DNA from: the human T2T-CHM13v2.0 reference genome, Homo sapiens
NCBI RefSeq assembly: GCF_009914755.1
Contig: NC_060926.1
Direction: 5' to 3' (one strand)
Length of the DNA stretch: 64,000 bases
The notes under the pieces are model-generated. The model ran no database searches and was not told where the DNA came from. It saw nothing but the letters and a program-made list of their open reading frames with translations. A program made the position numbers and the translations under genes. This document shows, one piece after another, positions 61,917-64,000 of the stretch. Position 1 is the first letter of the stretch. Each line of letters begins with the position of its first letter.

Positions 61917-64000
61917 CAGTTGCTCCTTCTTGAAGCCCTTTTTTCTCCTATCCCATATTCCAATCTATTAGCAAGAATGTCATCTCTGTCTTCAAAATAT
62001 ATCCAATATTCATCCATTTGTCACCGTCTCTACTGCTAACTGCGTTAGCCCAAGCCACTTCCATGCCTTACCACAGTAGCTTTTCACTTAGTCTCCCTGA
62101 TGCCAAGCTTGCCCTCTAAAACCCATTCTTTGCATAACAGCTAGAAGGAACTTAAAAAACTCTAAATTACTCCCATATAGAAAACCCTTTCAGAATAAAG
62201 CCCAAATACCTTGCCAGATCATGCAAGCCCAACCTTCTGTAGCCCTGCACGCTTCCCTGACCATATTATGTGCCACAGAAAACTCATTCCTACCCCTGAG
62301 TCTCTGCACTTCCTTGGCAAGGCAGGTTCTGTTCTCAGACATTTACCTTATCGGCTTCTGGGCATTTTATGACGGCTTGAATGTGGCTCCCTTGGAAAGG
62401 CCTTCCTGTCCACCTGATCTAAAATAGTGCCTCCTTGTGAGATTTTGAGATTAAAAAATAAAATAAAATAAAATAGTGCCTCCTCCACCTCATCCCCAAG
62501 TAACTCTATCCCAGTGTGTGGTTTCAGTTGCCTCACACCACACTACAGTACCTGCATTATCTTTTTTATTCACTAGTCTGTTAACTATATTCTACTCTGT
62601 CTTATTTACCACTCTATTCCCAGAGTCTAGAATGTACCAGGCAAATCACAGGCATTTAATAAATACTGATTAAATGAAGGCATGAACAAATGAACAAAAA
62701 ACAAAGGGGAGCTTGTGCCTTCTGACTCCAAGTCTGAGTCTCTTCCTATTAAAGCATGATTTTTTTCTGTGTTACAGTGACAACTCTAAATGTTAGCCCA
62801 TTCTGCCTTGCATGAAAGCCTGTCACCTCCTAGAATTGTCCCATATATGAGTTTAGGTTTGTGTAGCCTAGCTTCTGTATCCCTTCCCAGGCTCAAATCT
62901 GACTTTCACTAGTGTCCTATGTTCTCAATACACCAGCAACACCGAATTGCTTACAATACTAATAATCCAGTTTTAGAACTTCTGCAGTAATTATCAAGAC
63001 AGACTTGCAGCTTCACGAATCGATTGTTTTGCAAATGATGCTTCTTCTACCTAGAGTACTCCTGCCCATCTTGTTTCTGGGACAAGCTCTTAATCAGCCT
63101 TTAAAACTAATCTCAAATCCAAACCTGTCTATGGCCCCTTCCATGTGCCTTCCCTTTGGAGTTAATCGTCCACTCCAGCAGTGTATCTTCTATAGCCATC
63201 CATTATTGCACTTGTAATTCTGGTTATGACATTATAATTGCTCTCAAGTCTGGGATGCCAGGGCCCACAGTTGCTGTCATCTCTGTATCCCTAGGTCTTA
63301 GCTCAGTGCCTAGCACATAATCATCAACAAACTTGCGAAGCTGAGTGCTCAGTAAATCTAACCCCTCTCTCATAATATATGAGGATAGCTAGCATGTTAT
63401 TCGTTGCTTACTCTCCTCCCAAGTCTTCTCTGCTCCAAGCTAAACCTGTAAACCAGGAGACAATGATGAGGAAAGGCAGACAGATGTTTATACTTGTAAA
63501 GCAAAGCTAAAGAAGGCAGAAAAATATTAACATAAATAAATATGTATTAATATATACTAATTACCTCACCACATACTCCTGGTGATAGGACTATGTTGAC
63601 TTTTATTTTTCTCTATGATCTACTCTGTTTTTCTGAAAGTGTATGATATGTCTTGTTAAATTCAATATGTTCTCCTTCAATTCCTTTAACAAGTCCCTCA
63701 TTCGAATTTTCCTAGTATTATTAATTATGTATTGTTCATTATTTATGTATTATTATTATTAATACTCAAGGTCAACTTCTTCAGTTTCTATTCTGCCTAC
63801 TTACCCACCAAATCTTGTCAACTCCCTGTCTGCGATTCCTCTCATGCTGAATCCTTTTTGTCTATTTTCTTATATCCTAGTACAGGTTCCTATCAACACA
63901 TGCCATGATGAATGGATTATATCCTGCTAGACTTCTATGGCCAATGTTTCCCTCATTCTAAATCACTTCATGTGCAGTTAAAATGACCTTCCTTTAATTA

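Overview
Primate (human-like) genomic DNA: Alu/L1-rich, CpG-poor and almost entirely intronic. The minus strand carries seven consecutive coding exons of HECW2 (NEDL2, a NEDD4-family HECT E3 ligase): 50844-50659, 36754-36620, 32193-32091, 29377-29281, 15996-15913, 12117-12008 and 267-147. All have GT-AG ends and compatible phases, and they splice to 836 nt of open frame. They encode WW2 and the region leading towards the HECT domain (about aa 939-1217 by recalled numbering). The introns hold about 25 Alu/FLAM copies, five truncated L1s, MaLR and MER4-type solo LTRs, hAT DNA-transposon remnants, a full-length 7SL retropseudogene and several micro/minisatellites. I found no evidence of a wholly new biological system. 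The best leads are testable hypotheses: a UG-repeat cryptic poison exon (~6.5-6.8 kb), a recursive/tandem splice-site arrangement at the 36620/32193 junction, a possible spliced antisense unit (~18-21 kb), Alu pairs able to circularise exons, and unusual insertion or repair scars. Repeat subfamily names are from memory of consensus sequences and are tentative.
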